From assembly GCA_030141605.1 (NCBI GenBank), contig JAQGDQ010001350.1:1-45231 (forward strand): DNA of 45,231 nucleotides, written 5' to 3'. The stretch is from Tubiluchus corallicola. Taxonomy: Eukaryota > Animalia > Priapulida. The translations under genes and the position numbers were made by a program. Positions 1 through 24,955 of this stretch are shown here, one piece after another; position 1 is the stretch's first letter, and each line of letters starts with the position of its first letter. Under the pieces are notes generated by a model. The model was given only the letters and a program-made list of their open reading frames with translations, was not told where the DNA came from and made no database searches.

Positions 1-933
1 TAATCCAGAATACAACCACGTACAAATCGATATAATTGGCTATTGAACAATAATTCAGTTAACCAAAAGTAAAATATACGTGTTACAGACTGACTTAAAG
101 GCAGTGTTTTAGCGCAAGTAAATGGAATTCTTGAAATTTTTTCCTCGTTTTTCTCACCTTACAAAATGCGCGCAGTGGCAAACCACAGCGTTGCAATCTG
201 AAGCGTGTGTAGTTGACATGGTAACAGAGCAGTTAATGAATGTACTTGTCTATAAAAATAGTTTGCGAGTAGGAAAATGGCGGACAGCGACGAAAGCCGC
301 GAAGAAGTTCACAGATTATGTTTCCGTGCTGCAATGTTCGAAAAATGTGGTTAAAACACTAAAAATTACCGCAAAAGATTAATCGTGATATCGAATTACA
401 AGAACAAGAACAAGATTGTAATCGAATTAGAAAATTTTAAAGTCACCCATCCCAAACAACCTGCTAGCAGATTTAGAGACCGAGTTTTAATAGACCGAGA
501 AATCTCCCACTCCAAGTTAGTTTGCAATGAACAGATCACAGAACGTCAGTCAACCAGTGCGGGGCCATCACGGGGTGGGCACTCAGCTCTCCTTTTGCGT
601 TCCCTTCTCTTTCTCTCAAGCTGCATAATAAAAGCGACTCACAGACAAACGTATGGAATGTATAGAAATACACTGCGAGAGTTAATGTCAAGTGTGCATT
701 ATCATTATTTTCATTTTCATTTTCTCCAGCCATGCAAGATTTCCGTTACCTAATTTTTTTCATTACAAAATTGCAGAAATTGTTGCTTTTTGTGGAGGAA
801 AATAATGTGAATTGAATTGAACTGAATTGAATTTTCTGCAATTTATGGTCGTCTGACAGTGACAATGCTTAATTTTTCACGAAAAGCACAATTTCTTAAA
901 AGTAGCTGTTATGCTTGCTCAAAAGTTATGAAA

Positions 934-1528
934 CTGTTGTTAAATGAACCGTGTGTTGTTAAGTGAAAAACGTTGTCAAATGTTCAGCGTCGTTAAAATG
1001 AAACATTGTTAAATGAAATGTGTTGTTAAGTGAAAAAAGGTGTCAAACGTTCAGCGTCGTTAAAATGAAACATTGTTAAATGAAATGTGTTGTTAAGTGA
1101 AAAAAGGTGTCAAACGTTCAGCGTCGTTAAAATGAAACACTGTTAAATGAACCGTGTGTTGTTAAGTGAAAAAAGGTGTCAAATGTTCAGCGTCGTTAAA
1201 ATGAAACATTGTTAAATGAACCGTGTGTTGTTAGGTGAAAAACATTGTCAAATGTTCAGCGTCGTTAAAATGAAACATTGTTAAATGAACCGTGTGTTGT
1301 TAGGTGAAAAACGTTGTCAAATGTTCAGCGTCGTTAAAATGAAACATTGTTAAATGAAATGTGTTGTTAAGTGAAAAAAGGTGTTAAATGTTCAGCATCG
1401 TTAAAATGAAACATTGTTAAATGAAATGTGTTGTTAAGTGAAAAAAGGTGTCAAATGTTCAGCGTTGTGAAAATGAAACATTGTTAAATGAAATGTGTTG
1501 TTAAGTGAAAAACGGTGTCAAATGTTCA
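934..1528 (+). repeat. Minisatellite, about 9 x 67-69 bp, inside a Tc1/Tigger-like MITE end
   Basis: Unit TGTTAAATGAAATGTGTTGTTAAGTGAAAAAAGGTGTCAAA(C/T)GTTCAGCGTCGTTAAAATGAAACAT; followed by GTCGTTAAGCGAGGACTTACAGT, similar to 10384-10407. Confidence 0.9.
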
Positions 1529-2244
1529 AGGGGCCATTAAAACAAAACGTCACTAAACGGGGAGTCGTTAAGCGAGGACTTACAGTTGTTTTACTGTAGC
1601 GACTGCATGCGCGAAGTTTATTTTTTATCGTCTTGAATTTCTAGTTGCTTTTTCGGTTTAGTTTGACCCAGACACGTTTACCTAGAACAGTGTATGTTTT
1701 CGTATGAACTAACACTGACTGTCCATCTTTAATTCTTGGATTGTCTGTCTTTAATTCTTGGACTAAGTGGCATTTATGTATCTTGCGGATGCGGATGCAT
1801 TTTCGAGCCTGCGGAAAAAAATCAATAGGAAATAGTTACAGAAAATGAATAACACATGTACATGTGTATTATGTAACACATGTACTGCGTACTGCGTACA
1901 TGTACACGTGTACACATGTAACACATGCACGCAGGCTGCATAAACGGGGGCAATTGTATTAAATCCGCACCCCCAAAATGCATCCGCAAGTTGCATAAAA
2001 GCCACTATGTGCTGGTCAACGTTTAATGAGGCAAAATAAAGAATATATATATATATATATATATATATATGCTATATAATAAATAAGGAAAATAAAGACT
2101 ATGCTATATTATACTATACAATACTACACTATACTATGCTACGAAAACCATACTACTAAAAGATGTACTATTATAAATTTTTCTTCCTATTTATGTTTGT
2201 TTACATGCCGTAGCAACTTGGGTTGAGCGAGTTTGTAGAAATGT

Positions 2245-2335
2245 ATGTGTTACGTCATCAAAGTGGGTGGGGTTATGTGTTACGTCATCAAGGTGGGTGG
2301 GACTATGTGTTACGTCATCAAAGTGGGTGGGGCTA
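2245..2335 (+). repeat. 3 x 30 bp tandem repeat containing a CRE-like TTACGTCA
   Basis: ATGTGTTACGTCATCAA(A/G)GTGGGTGGG repeated three times. Confidence 0.8.
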
Positions 2336-2976
2336 AGCGCGTGTTGCGATCTGTGTGTTAGGGATCGCTAAAAAAACAGCATGGTTGTTTCCATGCATGA
2401 GGTCATGGGTTCAATTCCACGGTTAAATGATGTAAAAATGATGTTCCATGGTCAAATGACGCAAAAATGATGGTACCCCTGGGTGGTATGTAAACTTGGA
2501 CGTATAATTCAATTTATATGCAAAAGTAAAAACAGTAAAACAAGTTGTAAAATACTAGTGGACGCCTGGCTGCAGCTACGGACAATGGTCATCACAAGTG
2601 TTATAAAGATGTATACACTCACATGTCGGTTTGCCGGACCTCGCTTATACGAATATCAGAAAAATCTGGACCATTAAAAAGTCTCGCATAATGCGGACAC
2701 AGTCCGTTGTTTCGAAAACTGACCGCTAGTTAGCAGGCCGTCGCTTTGTTTACATCACGTACATCAGTGTAACCAAATGTATATCTCTATGTATAAAAAT
2801 GTAGAATCAGTTGTGCGGAGTTCATTGAGTCAATTGCCGACAGTTATTACATACTTTTGCATACATTATGGTGAGTCTAATACACGCCACCTACCCTATT
2901 AGCTTAGTATCAGTAAGCACGAACGATCGGCAAATTCAGAAGGACGTCTCTCCGCTTTTGGCCGACAAACCGAGAC

Positions 2977-3437
2977 TAGGGATGAGAATGACAAATTGCA
3001 AACAACTCTGAAACAGGCCGGGGGTTCGGGGGCCGCGTAGGCCATAGAGAGCCTCTAAGTGGACTTAAAATATCAATTACCTTGTTTCATGCATAATTTA
3101 AAATACCCAACTATCAAGGATACATGATGCCTAATTGTCTCAAAAACGCCTAAGTACTGGCCTCTCCTATGCAAAAGTATATAAAAACTGCCTGCAATTG
3201 ACTCAAATAACTCCGCACAATTGATTCTATATTTTTAAGCATTGAGATATACACGTGGTTACACTGATGACGTGATGTAAACAAAGTGACGGCCTGCCAA
3301 CTAGCAGTCAGTTTGTGAAATAATGTACTGGGTCCGTAAAAATGTTCTCAACGAAATTACGCGATTTACAAAAAGGGCACTAACTGCTCTTCCAAAAACT
3401 CGGAATTCCGCGTATCCGGGGAAAATTCTCATTTCTG
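2977..3437 (+). mobile_element. hAT-type MITE (family A, copy 1) with 8-bp TSD ACCGAGAC
   Basis: Termini TAGGGATGAGAA...TTCTCATTTCTG; TSD at 2969-2976 and 3438-3445; homologous to 11402-11942 and 29258-29781. Confidence 0.85.
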
Positions 3438-3614
3438 ACCGAGACATGAGTGTACATCTAAAACGTGAGACTTGAATTTATAATACACAAATTCAAAATC
3501 GTCTTAATACCTACACATTAATACAAATATCTATAGCTATCACAATTATATTGCAAATTTATAAATATACAAAAACAAATACGACTAGCATATAAACCAG
3601 ACTTGCCAACCGAG

Positions 3615-16627
<13,013 letters not shown>

Positions 16628-16679
16628 AATCTATACATATAAAGAAGGATTAAACAAAGAGTAATCATTGGTACGCTGA

Positions 16680-17258
16680 CACTTAAAGAAAGACAGCATG
16701 ATTTTTCACACTATCCCATTTTCAAATCGGATGAAAAGTACACATTCTAATACAATTAATACAGCAAAAGCGTATTATTACAATTAAATAATAGATTAAA
16801 AGCTTAATTAATGGCACGCGAGCCCAACTATTGATGACATCACAAATTAACATAATTTTCAACAGCAAAAATATTCCACGAGCGTGTTGCACACGTGTTT
16901 GCGGAAGCGAAAATTGAAGTGCAGCGCTACTGTAAGATATTCAGTGTGTTGATCTAAAACTAGGCAAGTTTTAGGATAAAAATTCAAATTTACCGCTGTG
17001 CTCACGCATAAGTTGTCGAACGTGTGTAGTTCGTCACAAACTAACACATCTGAACTGAGAGGTACAGCACCTGTTTTTGTGCAATGCGTTTCCGAAATGC
17101 AGGCGCTAGTGCCCGTCTAACTAGCGAATGGGGAAATGAATGAAACAGTGAAGAACTAGTGGCGCGAATGTGAAATTGCGTTTGTATAGTGATAATTCTT
17201 TCGCGTAAGTAATTTTTGAAAAAATAGTAAGTTTCCTTTCAATATTTTAAAAAGTAAT
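16680..17258. mobile_element. Family C element, partial copy
   Basis: Similar to 6280-6960 (CACATCTGAACTGAGAGGTACAGCACCTG...GGCGCTAGTGCCCGTCTAACTA). Confidence 0.65.
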
Positions 17259-18779
17259 CTGCTACACAAAAGAAAATACAATTTAAACTTATTTAAATCA
17301 ATTTACACAGGTACTTCAAAACAATTACTATTAAAGCGAGACAACTTTTATTAAAAACATTAATTTACAACTGTTTAAAAACATGTCCAAACGTTTCAAC
17401 AGCAACCAGTTGTACACTATACAAACAACAAACCAGTTTATATAGGCACAGCCTACATTATAGAAAATTATGCAATAATTATGTGTTTACAAAGAAGCCA
17501 AAGTATACGGTCTGTTTATTCATGCTTGCATTTCTATTTTTAACAAGGAAGTGTATATTGTTCTGATGATTGGAATCAGGTTTCTGAAAGATAAATTTCC
17601 GATAATCATTGAATTGGCCGAAGTTTTCTATAATTTGCGACCTTGGCGGTAAAAAGAGCTAGTGTTCGGAAAACCATTTAAGCGTAGCACGGATATCTAA
17701 GAAGAAAGTTTGAAATAAGCAAAAATGAAAAAACAATGAAACTTTTGTAAGAAAAAAGCATAAAATTCTTGTCCTAAAGCCATCTATATGCAAAAATTTA
17801 AAAGAAACTAACTAAATCTCCTTGAAATAAAACTACATTTTTATTCCTTTAATTAAACTACATAGATCCTTTATGGTTCTCATTGTGTTTTATTAACATC
17901 TTATCCACTTACATTTTCTAAAACGCACGTTTAGAGTAAAATGATGCAACCCTATAAACTTTCCACTCGTTTCCTAATATTCTGTTCTCAAACGATTTTT
18001 TACCTAGCCATACTGCAGTGTCAGGCAGAGAAGTCAGACACTTCTATTTTCAAGAGAGGGGTAAGGTAGGTTTAAAAACAGCTGTACTATGCTTTGTCAC
18101 GTTTAAGCAAGGCTTGTATATAACTTCACAAATTTCAAATATTTTCACACCAGATGTTATCCGAAGGTTGGTTTCATTATCGGAAGAATGCCTACAAATT
18201 CAATGAATGGAACTTATGCATAGCAAACTAAGCAAAGTCTGCGGTTCCGAGGATTGGAAGAGCATTTTGCAAATTCAAGATTCCCATCAAAGGAAAAATA
18301 TCCATTTCCATTTAATAATCATTCCAGTGTTTGGAAGAGTGCGAATATGCCGGCACTTATGCTTTTTCCACGACTGGTCACCATCTCTTGCAATATTATA
18401 TTATTCTGTTTTTGACTAGTCAACGTAAAAAGTTCGTTTTTTGGGGGGTTTTTTCGGAAAACGTCTTACCAGGTCACTTGGAAAATTTGATACCGGTACA
18501 CTTAACCCAGCCTATGTCATCTGCAAATCGTTAATCGGTCAATCAAGAACGGTTCACAGGATTCCAAAGCATCATCATCATCATGATGACATCCCCATTA
18601 CGTGTATTGTACACAGTGGTCAGGCAGAAATTCTACAAGCAAGGAAATTTTTCATTAGCAATAAATCGTGTGATTTCGATTTCAATACAGCGAATCTTTG
18701 TGTATTTGATGCTGCGCTGCCAAGCGTTTTATTCAGTTTGGCTTTGTTGTGCTTGCGGGCTACTGGTAATTCGGGGACA

Positions 18780-18840
18780 ATGCTGTCGATCGCTAACGCG
18801 AGGCGCCTGACGTCAAGAAAATTTTTGATTGGCATAAGGA
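18780..18840. promoter_or_regulatory. Candidate bidirectional promoter core between SLC35A3-like and CDPF1
   Basis: CpG-rich patch with palindromic CRE TGACGTCA (18808-18815) and ATTGG (reverse CCAAT, 18828-18832) between divergent genes. Confidence 0.4.
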
Positions 18841-19272
18841 TTTTGCGGTATTATATTCAGTGTTTACAATATTATAATATGAATTTGAAGTTCAGGCTCC
18901 TATTTCCTAACAGTCGTTGGAATGGTCGTGGAAAATAAGGGGTTTCGTTTAAAGGTTTTCCGTATTGTGAAAGGTACACGTGGTAAATTCGCATTAAAAG
19001 AATAAAATTCATCTGTAAGGAAAAATGGCAATCAGTGATCGTCATTAACATCGCTGGCTCGACAACACAATACAGAATCTTCACCGCTAGCTAGTGTTGT
19101 AGCGTTGGATGTCCGTTTTTAAAAAATATTGTCCAATAAATGAGCTGAAATTCGGTAGATTTCAGATGTTTTAAGAAATTTTTGAAGCGCGACAGCCGTG
19201 TATGTTGAACTGCCTCTGAGTGTAAGACATATTTTTACAAGGAGTACTGTGCAGTATAATGAATTCACCGAA

Positions 19273-19623
19273 ATGGAGAGTGCAAAAACACAAGGCCATA
19301 ACAACTGGTGCATTGAACCAATAGGCACATTCTCATGTTCTCAGTGTCATTTTGCCTCTAAATATGTATACTTTGGATCTAGTCCACCGTTTGCCAGTAG
19401 CCTTTTATTAATGGAAGATGGTTACATGATACGTGATCCTTTCAAACCGTTTTCTGCGCGCACATTTTTACAAGTGGGTGCGAACTGCAGCATGTGCAAA
19501 AAGCAAATCTGCCTTTCCACCAAGTGTGGTATTTTTTATGCAAAGAGATTTTGTGTACCATGTGTATTTGAGCACTTGTCGGACTTCCCTGCTGAAATCG
19601 CTCAAGAGATAAGGAAACATTAA
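19273..19623 (+). CDS. CDPF1: Cysteine-rich DPF motif domain-containing protein 1 (116 aa, CDS uninterrupted)
   Basis: FxCxxC, YxYxGxxPP, LLMEDGYMIRDPF, GxxCSxCxxxxC, CxxFYxKRFCxPC and FPxEI match the CDPF1 family as recalled; first in-frame ATG is at 19273. Confidence 0.92.
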   Translation: MESAKTQGHNNWCIEPIGTFSCSQCHFASKYVYFGSSPPFASSLLLMEDGYMIRDPFKPFSARTFLQVGANCSMCKKQICLSTKCGIFYAKRFCVPCVFEHLSDFPAEIAQEIRKH

Positions 19624-20737
19624 AATAAAGGGGCGTAATGGCGCCTTGATGTAATTTGGGTGATCGAATACGCTTATCGTGATCGGACAAGCTTTGCTTT
19701 CAGTTGCAACTTGTAGTTAACATTAGTGGGGGTGCTGCTTCAGAAAATTTTTAGCCATTGTTTTAATACTGTGTAAAAACAGTACAAACATGTAAATTTG
19801 ATGTTGTAATTGTAATTTTTAACAAACATACATACGAAAATTTATACATAAACTTGAAAAAATCCTAAACAAAAAATAGTGTTTGATTGCGAATAGCCTA
19901 AATTGTCGCAGTTCAAGAATATGCCGGTACATGGCTTTTAGGCACATAACAACTGATGACACACACTGGATGAGCGACTGTACTCTTTTACCTAAAGTGC
20001 AGTGTCTTATCTTAGACACTTGCACATAGCCGCACAACATCAAAACACGCACCACTGTGCTGGACTGTGGAGCAAACAGTACTACCCTCATGCGCTCTGG
20101 ACTGTACAAGTATAAAGAAAGAACTAAAGAAAAAATTATTACGTTGAATATTATCGAATATGATGAGTGAAAATTGAGGGACTGCAGTTCCACAGTACCT
20201 ATACACGAGCCGCTACTGTTTATTTTCATCCGGGAAATGTGCATCCAGGAATTTTCATCCAGTTATCATGTTATTGTTGTGCTACTACACAATATTATCT
20301 ACAGAAGAGTTAACACTTCTTACCATTATCGCAGTTACTGCAATTGTGTTAAAATGAAGTAGCACGTACAATTACAATTTAAAATAGTCGATTTTACAAA
20401 ATGGATAATTCAGTGCTATTTCAGCCTAGAGAAGTGTGCATTGTGGCAATGCCCCATCACTTCGCACAAGCTTCCAAGCTAATTATCAATAATTTACTTG
20501 TATATCAAAAATCGTAAAACAGTCGAAACTTGCCACAAAAATTTGTATATTGATATCTTCTGTATTACACAACTTGCGTTGTGAAACAAAAACTTCTATG
20601 ACAATTTCACAAACAAAGATGCTAACGAAAAATTTTATAACACAAGTAATCTAAACAAGCCATGTCCGCTTTTTCACGCTCGTCTTCTACAGACTCGTGC
20701 GCGCCGAAACAATCCAGTCACGTGACCATTCTGATTG

Positions 20738-23700
20738 CATCAGCACATGCCTTCTACTGGAATCTGTTTATTTGCTTGGTTTAACAAGGTTTACTGTATT
20801 TTTAGTTTTGCATTTGGCTGATAAATTTTGAATTTTGAGCTACATCTTGTGACTGCATTTGAATTTAATAAAAACTTCAATTTCAGCTTGCCTGTTGCAA
20901 TGTAGGTCATTACAACACTTCATTAAAGTCACAGTGGTCTGACTCTGAGATTTTCTACTCAACTTGGCATTCAAATTAATTATTTTAAGTTTATTACTCA
21001 TTATAGAGTTAAACCCAGGGCCCATTAACAACAACATCAACAGCAGCAGCAACAATACACACAATAATAACAATTTAATTCTGGAAATAAACAATTTTAT
21101 TAATAAATTCAAGAAAAACATAAATTTTCTTAATATTAATATTCAAAGTTTAACAAAAAAAAACACTGGCTTCTCAAAGATACTGTACACGCATCCGAAA
21201 ACCTAGTAATTGGTATCACCGAAACTTGGTTGAACAAAAAAATATCAAGCAAATCTTTACAATTAACATCTTAGTACATTTTAATACTTCTTAACACCTA
21301 AGCACATCTTAATGCGAAAAGACAGATGCAATTCGAGAAAAGGAGGAGGGGTAGCAATTTACATCCCAGCACATTTCAAATCAACTGAAGCAAAAAGCAT
21401 AAGAAGTAATAAAATGGAAACTTTATGGTGCAACATAGAAGATTACCTAGTTGGAATTATTTACAGGCCCCCAAATCAAAAATATAAAACCTTCCTAAAA
21501 CATTTTTCGGTCAAACTTGAACGAGCTGTTTTCGAAAACGAGCATATCCTTATAATTGGAGATTTTAGCATTGACATTAATAATACCAAAAGTCCTGAAT
21601 GCAAACAATACATTGAACTATTAAATAAATTCTGTCTAAATATAATAAATGACAAACCCACAAGAATATCTAAAACTTCATCTACATTAATTGACCACTT
21701 CATCTTAAATGACAATACCAAGTTTGTGTCCCACCTCAGCTGCCCTTGTGATTATTCTCATCATAATTTTGTTATTATAGCGGATCCCCCTCTTTAAATT
21801 TGGACTCAAATCCATCATACAAACTTATAAGAGACTACAAACAATTCAATAAGACATATTTTCTTATCGATTTAGCCAAAATGAGTTGGAAAGAAATCTA
21901 TTACACTACTAATATTGATGCCCAAGTTGAACTTATTAAAAATAATATTGAATACTGTCTTAATTTGCAATCCCCCTATAAACGTATAAAAACTTTTGCT
22001 CAACCCGAACGTAAGCGAAATACTAAAAGTCCATGGACTACTCAAGAACTGGATTCACTAAGAACAATGAAACAATACTTAAATAAATTGTGGACAACTA
22101 CCAAATCTAAACATTAATTATAATAATTATAAAAAAGCAAGAAATTCATTTAATAATCTAAACAAATCTTTAAAAAACAAATATATACAGCAACAGTGTA
22201 ATAATGCAACCTCTTCTAAAGATAAATGGGAAATAATTAATAATGTCACTAACAGATATGTAAACAAGCAAACCCATATCACGGAACTTATAATTGACAA
22301 TAAAGAATACTAAAGACATAATTAGACATTGCAAATGCTTCTAATGCTACTTTCATTAATTTGGGAAATTTCTGCTAGCCATCTAATCATAATAGTAACT
22401 ACAGCAACATAATTTCGAAATTAAAAATGAAATTAAATACTAACACAACTTTTTCGTTTCCCACCCTTACCACGAATGAAATATTCGAAATCTTAGTTAA
22501 ACTAGATATTAACAAGGGTAGTGGCCCATCTGAAATACCCATGAAGATATAAAAGGACAGCGCCAATATAATAGCACCTCATGTTGCCTACATTACAAAC
22601 CAAATGATCATGTGCAGTGAATTCCCCAGTATTTGTAAGCTAGCCAATGTAACACCAGTCCACAAAAAAGACTCATCAACTGACCCTGTTAATTACCGTC
22701 CTATATCTGTTGTACTATATGAACAAATGAATTCATATATAAACGTTAACAATATACTTAGTAAACATCAATTTGGTTTTAGACGAAAGCACTCTACTAC
22801 TGATGTCATCATACATGCAACTGAAAACTGGAGATCAAACTTATGAAAATAAACATGTTGTAGCTGCATTTTTAGACTTAAGTAAAGCCTTTGATAGCCT
22901 AGAGCACAATCTTTTGAAAGACAATTTAAAATCATTAGGATTTAGTACAACTTCATTAAAGCTCATTAACAGTTACTTGAGAAACAGAAAACAAAGAGTT
23001 AAGTTATCTACAAATACCGTCTCAGAATGGCTAAATTAAAGCAGGGCATACCACAAGGCACACTTTTGGGTCCCTTACTTTTCTGTCTTTATATTAACAA
23101 TATATCTAAAACACTAACACGTTGTAATATAACACAGTATGCTGACGACACAACTATATATTTAGGACACGAAAATCCAGCAACAGCTCAACAACTTTTA
23201 GAACGGGACATCGCAAAAATTAACATAGCATTTACCCATTTAAAACTCAAATTAAATAACACCAAAACGGATTTCATGGTCCTTTCCCCGTTTTCAAATG
23301 ACAGTATAAGTAATACTTCAATAAAAGTTGAAAATAGCATAATAAAACAGAAAAACAATGTAAGTTTTCTTGGTATCTGTGTAGATAACAAACTTTCTTG
23401 GGTTAACCAATTTAATAAAATTTACAATAAAATGGCATGCGGAACGTCTTACTTATGGCAAGTAAAAGGTCAACTAACTAAACAGACAAAGTTATTAATT
23501 TTTAAAACTCTCATTTTACCGCACTTTTTATACGGATGCACACTTTTTCATGAAGTTTCAAGAGACAGCTATAACAAACTAAATAGTCTTCATAATTATG
23601 TGTTAAGATTAGTCGCTGGCTATTCAAGTAAAACGTCCCTCATAACAAATCAAAGCTCTGCAACAAAATTAAGAACAATATTTAAAATCCCAATTTTACA

Positions 23701-24270
23701 AGCACATAAAGACTTCTACACAATCCTGTTTTTATATAAATACATCAACAATATTAATACGCCCTTCATCAAAAATAAGCTTCCACTCCTCTTGGAGCCA
23801 ACATTAAATCCAAGAACACACAATATTAAAAAAATATACTCTAATAACAAATACGGCAACAATTCTATCACTAAACAATTAGTTCAACTTTGGAATACCC
23901 TGCCATCAAATTTAAAACAAATCAAGTCTTTCAACGAATTCAAATCAAAATTAAAAATGCATACATTAAATCGTTTTGAAAACCCAACATACATAAACGA
24001 TAATATATATTCATCCACAAATTTTATTTACCCACGTCCATTTTAAATTATATGTATATATTGTATATAGTCTATTATAATTTCCGTGTAATATTATAAT
24101 GTATATTTTATTTTAAATTTTTGACATAGTAGTTTTTAGTTTGCACTGGGCGCATTTGCTTTTATGCTTTTATAGTTATGAATATCGATTTTTTTATGGC
24201 AAATATACATAGGCCATAATAGGTGTATACCTTGCCTTAATGGTGTAATAAAAGTGAATGAAATTGAATT
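20738..24270 (+). mobile_element. Near-full-length degraded L2/CR1-group LINE (APE endonuclease plus RT), single ORF
   Basis: APE motifs LNINIQSL, GITETWL, RKGGGVAIYI, IYRPP, IGDFSID, TLIDHF. RT motifs VNYRPIS, QFGFR, FLDLSKAFD, GIPQGTLLGPLLF, QYADDT. Multiple frameshifts and stops; AATAAA plus TGAA/TTGAA tail. Boundaries are inferred from a possible ATTG TSD. Confidence 0.92.
20964..24046 (+). pseudogene. LINE ORF2 (endonuclease-reverse transcriptase), fragmented
   Basis: Six ORF fragments in the track are colinear pieces of one polyprotein. Confidence 0.9.
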
Positions 24271-24726
24271 ATTGGACAGTAATTGCATTATTCTGCAGTC
24301 TTCATTCTCATTTTTGTAACAAAGTGATTTAAAAGTCTAAATAAAATAAAATTACTGGTATGAATTACTTGTTTTATTTGTGTCGCTTAGGTGTTCCCAA
24401 AAGACAGCATAAATTTATTAAGAATTTTCGAACTCAGTTTCCTAAACTAATAATATTCATATAACTTATACTTATGTCTCTTTTCTTGTTTTTGCCCAGC
24501 ACTACTAACGAACTTTATATTTTATTTTTTATTGTTAAGCATTTTTACATATTGATTTCTTGCTTGTTTTCTATTGTATTTATAACTTCTTACGTTTGTA
24601 CTGTATTGTTTCTGTGTTTGGCAATAAACAATGTTAATACAGTAGTAAGATTGAAAAACTGTGCTGACAGTTTCATTATTTCTTTACTTTGAAATGCCCA
24701 ATCATGTCAAGAATTCATCTAAGACC

Positions 24727-24955
24727 CTATACTCTAGTGGATCTTTCTCTACATTATCTGTAACGCAGAATCTGTAAATACAGACTTATAATAGTAGGTC
24801 TGTGTCAAGAGAGACTTCCAATCAAATGCTTACCAAAAAAACTGCGTAATGCGCTATACTCTAGTGGGCCATTCTCTGCATAATCTGTAATACGGACTTA
24901 TAAGAGCAGGTCTTTGTAAAGAGAGACTTCCAAATAAATGCTTTCCAAAAAAACT
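24727..24955 (+). repeat. Imperfect tandem duplication, about 100-130 bp x2
   Basis: CTATACTCTAGTGG...AGAGAGACTTCCAA...CCAAAAAAACT occurs twice. Confidence 0.75.

Noticed and set aside
2380-2425. tRNA/SINE-like B box GGTTCAATTCC
   Set aside because: No clear A box or cloverleaf.
18441-18938. 165-aa ORF with a His run
   Set aside because: Non-ATG start, no recognisable domain, His run from (CAT)n; overlaps the probable promoter region.
19198-19272. N-terminal extension of CDPF1 in the ORF track
   Set aside because: Starts at GTG; homology begins after the ATG at 19273.
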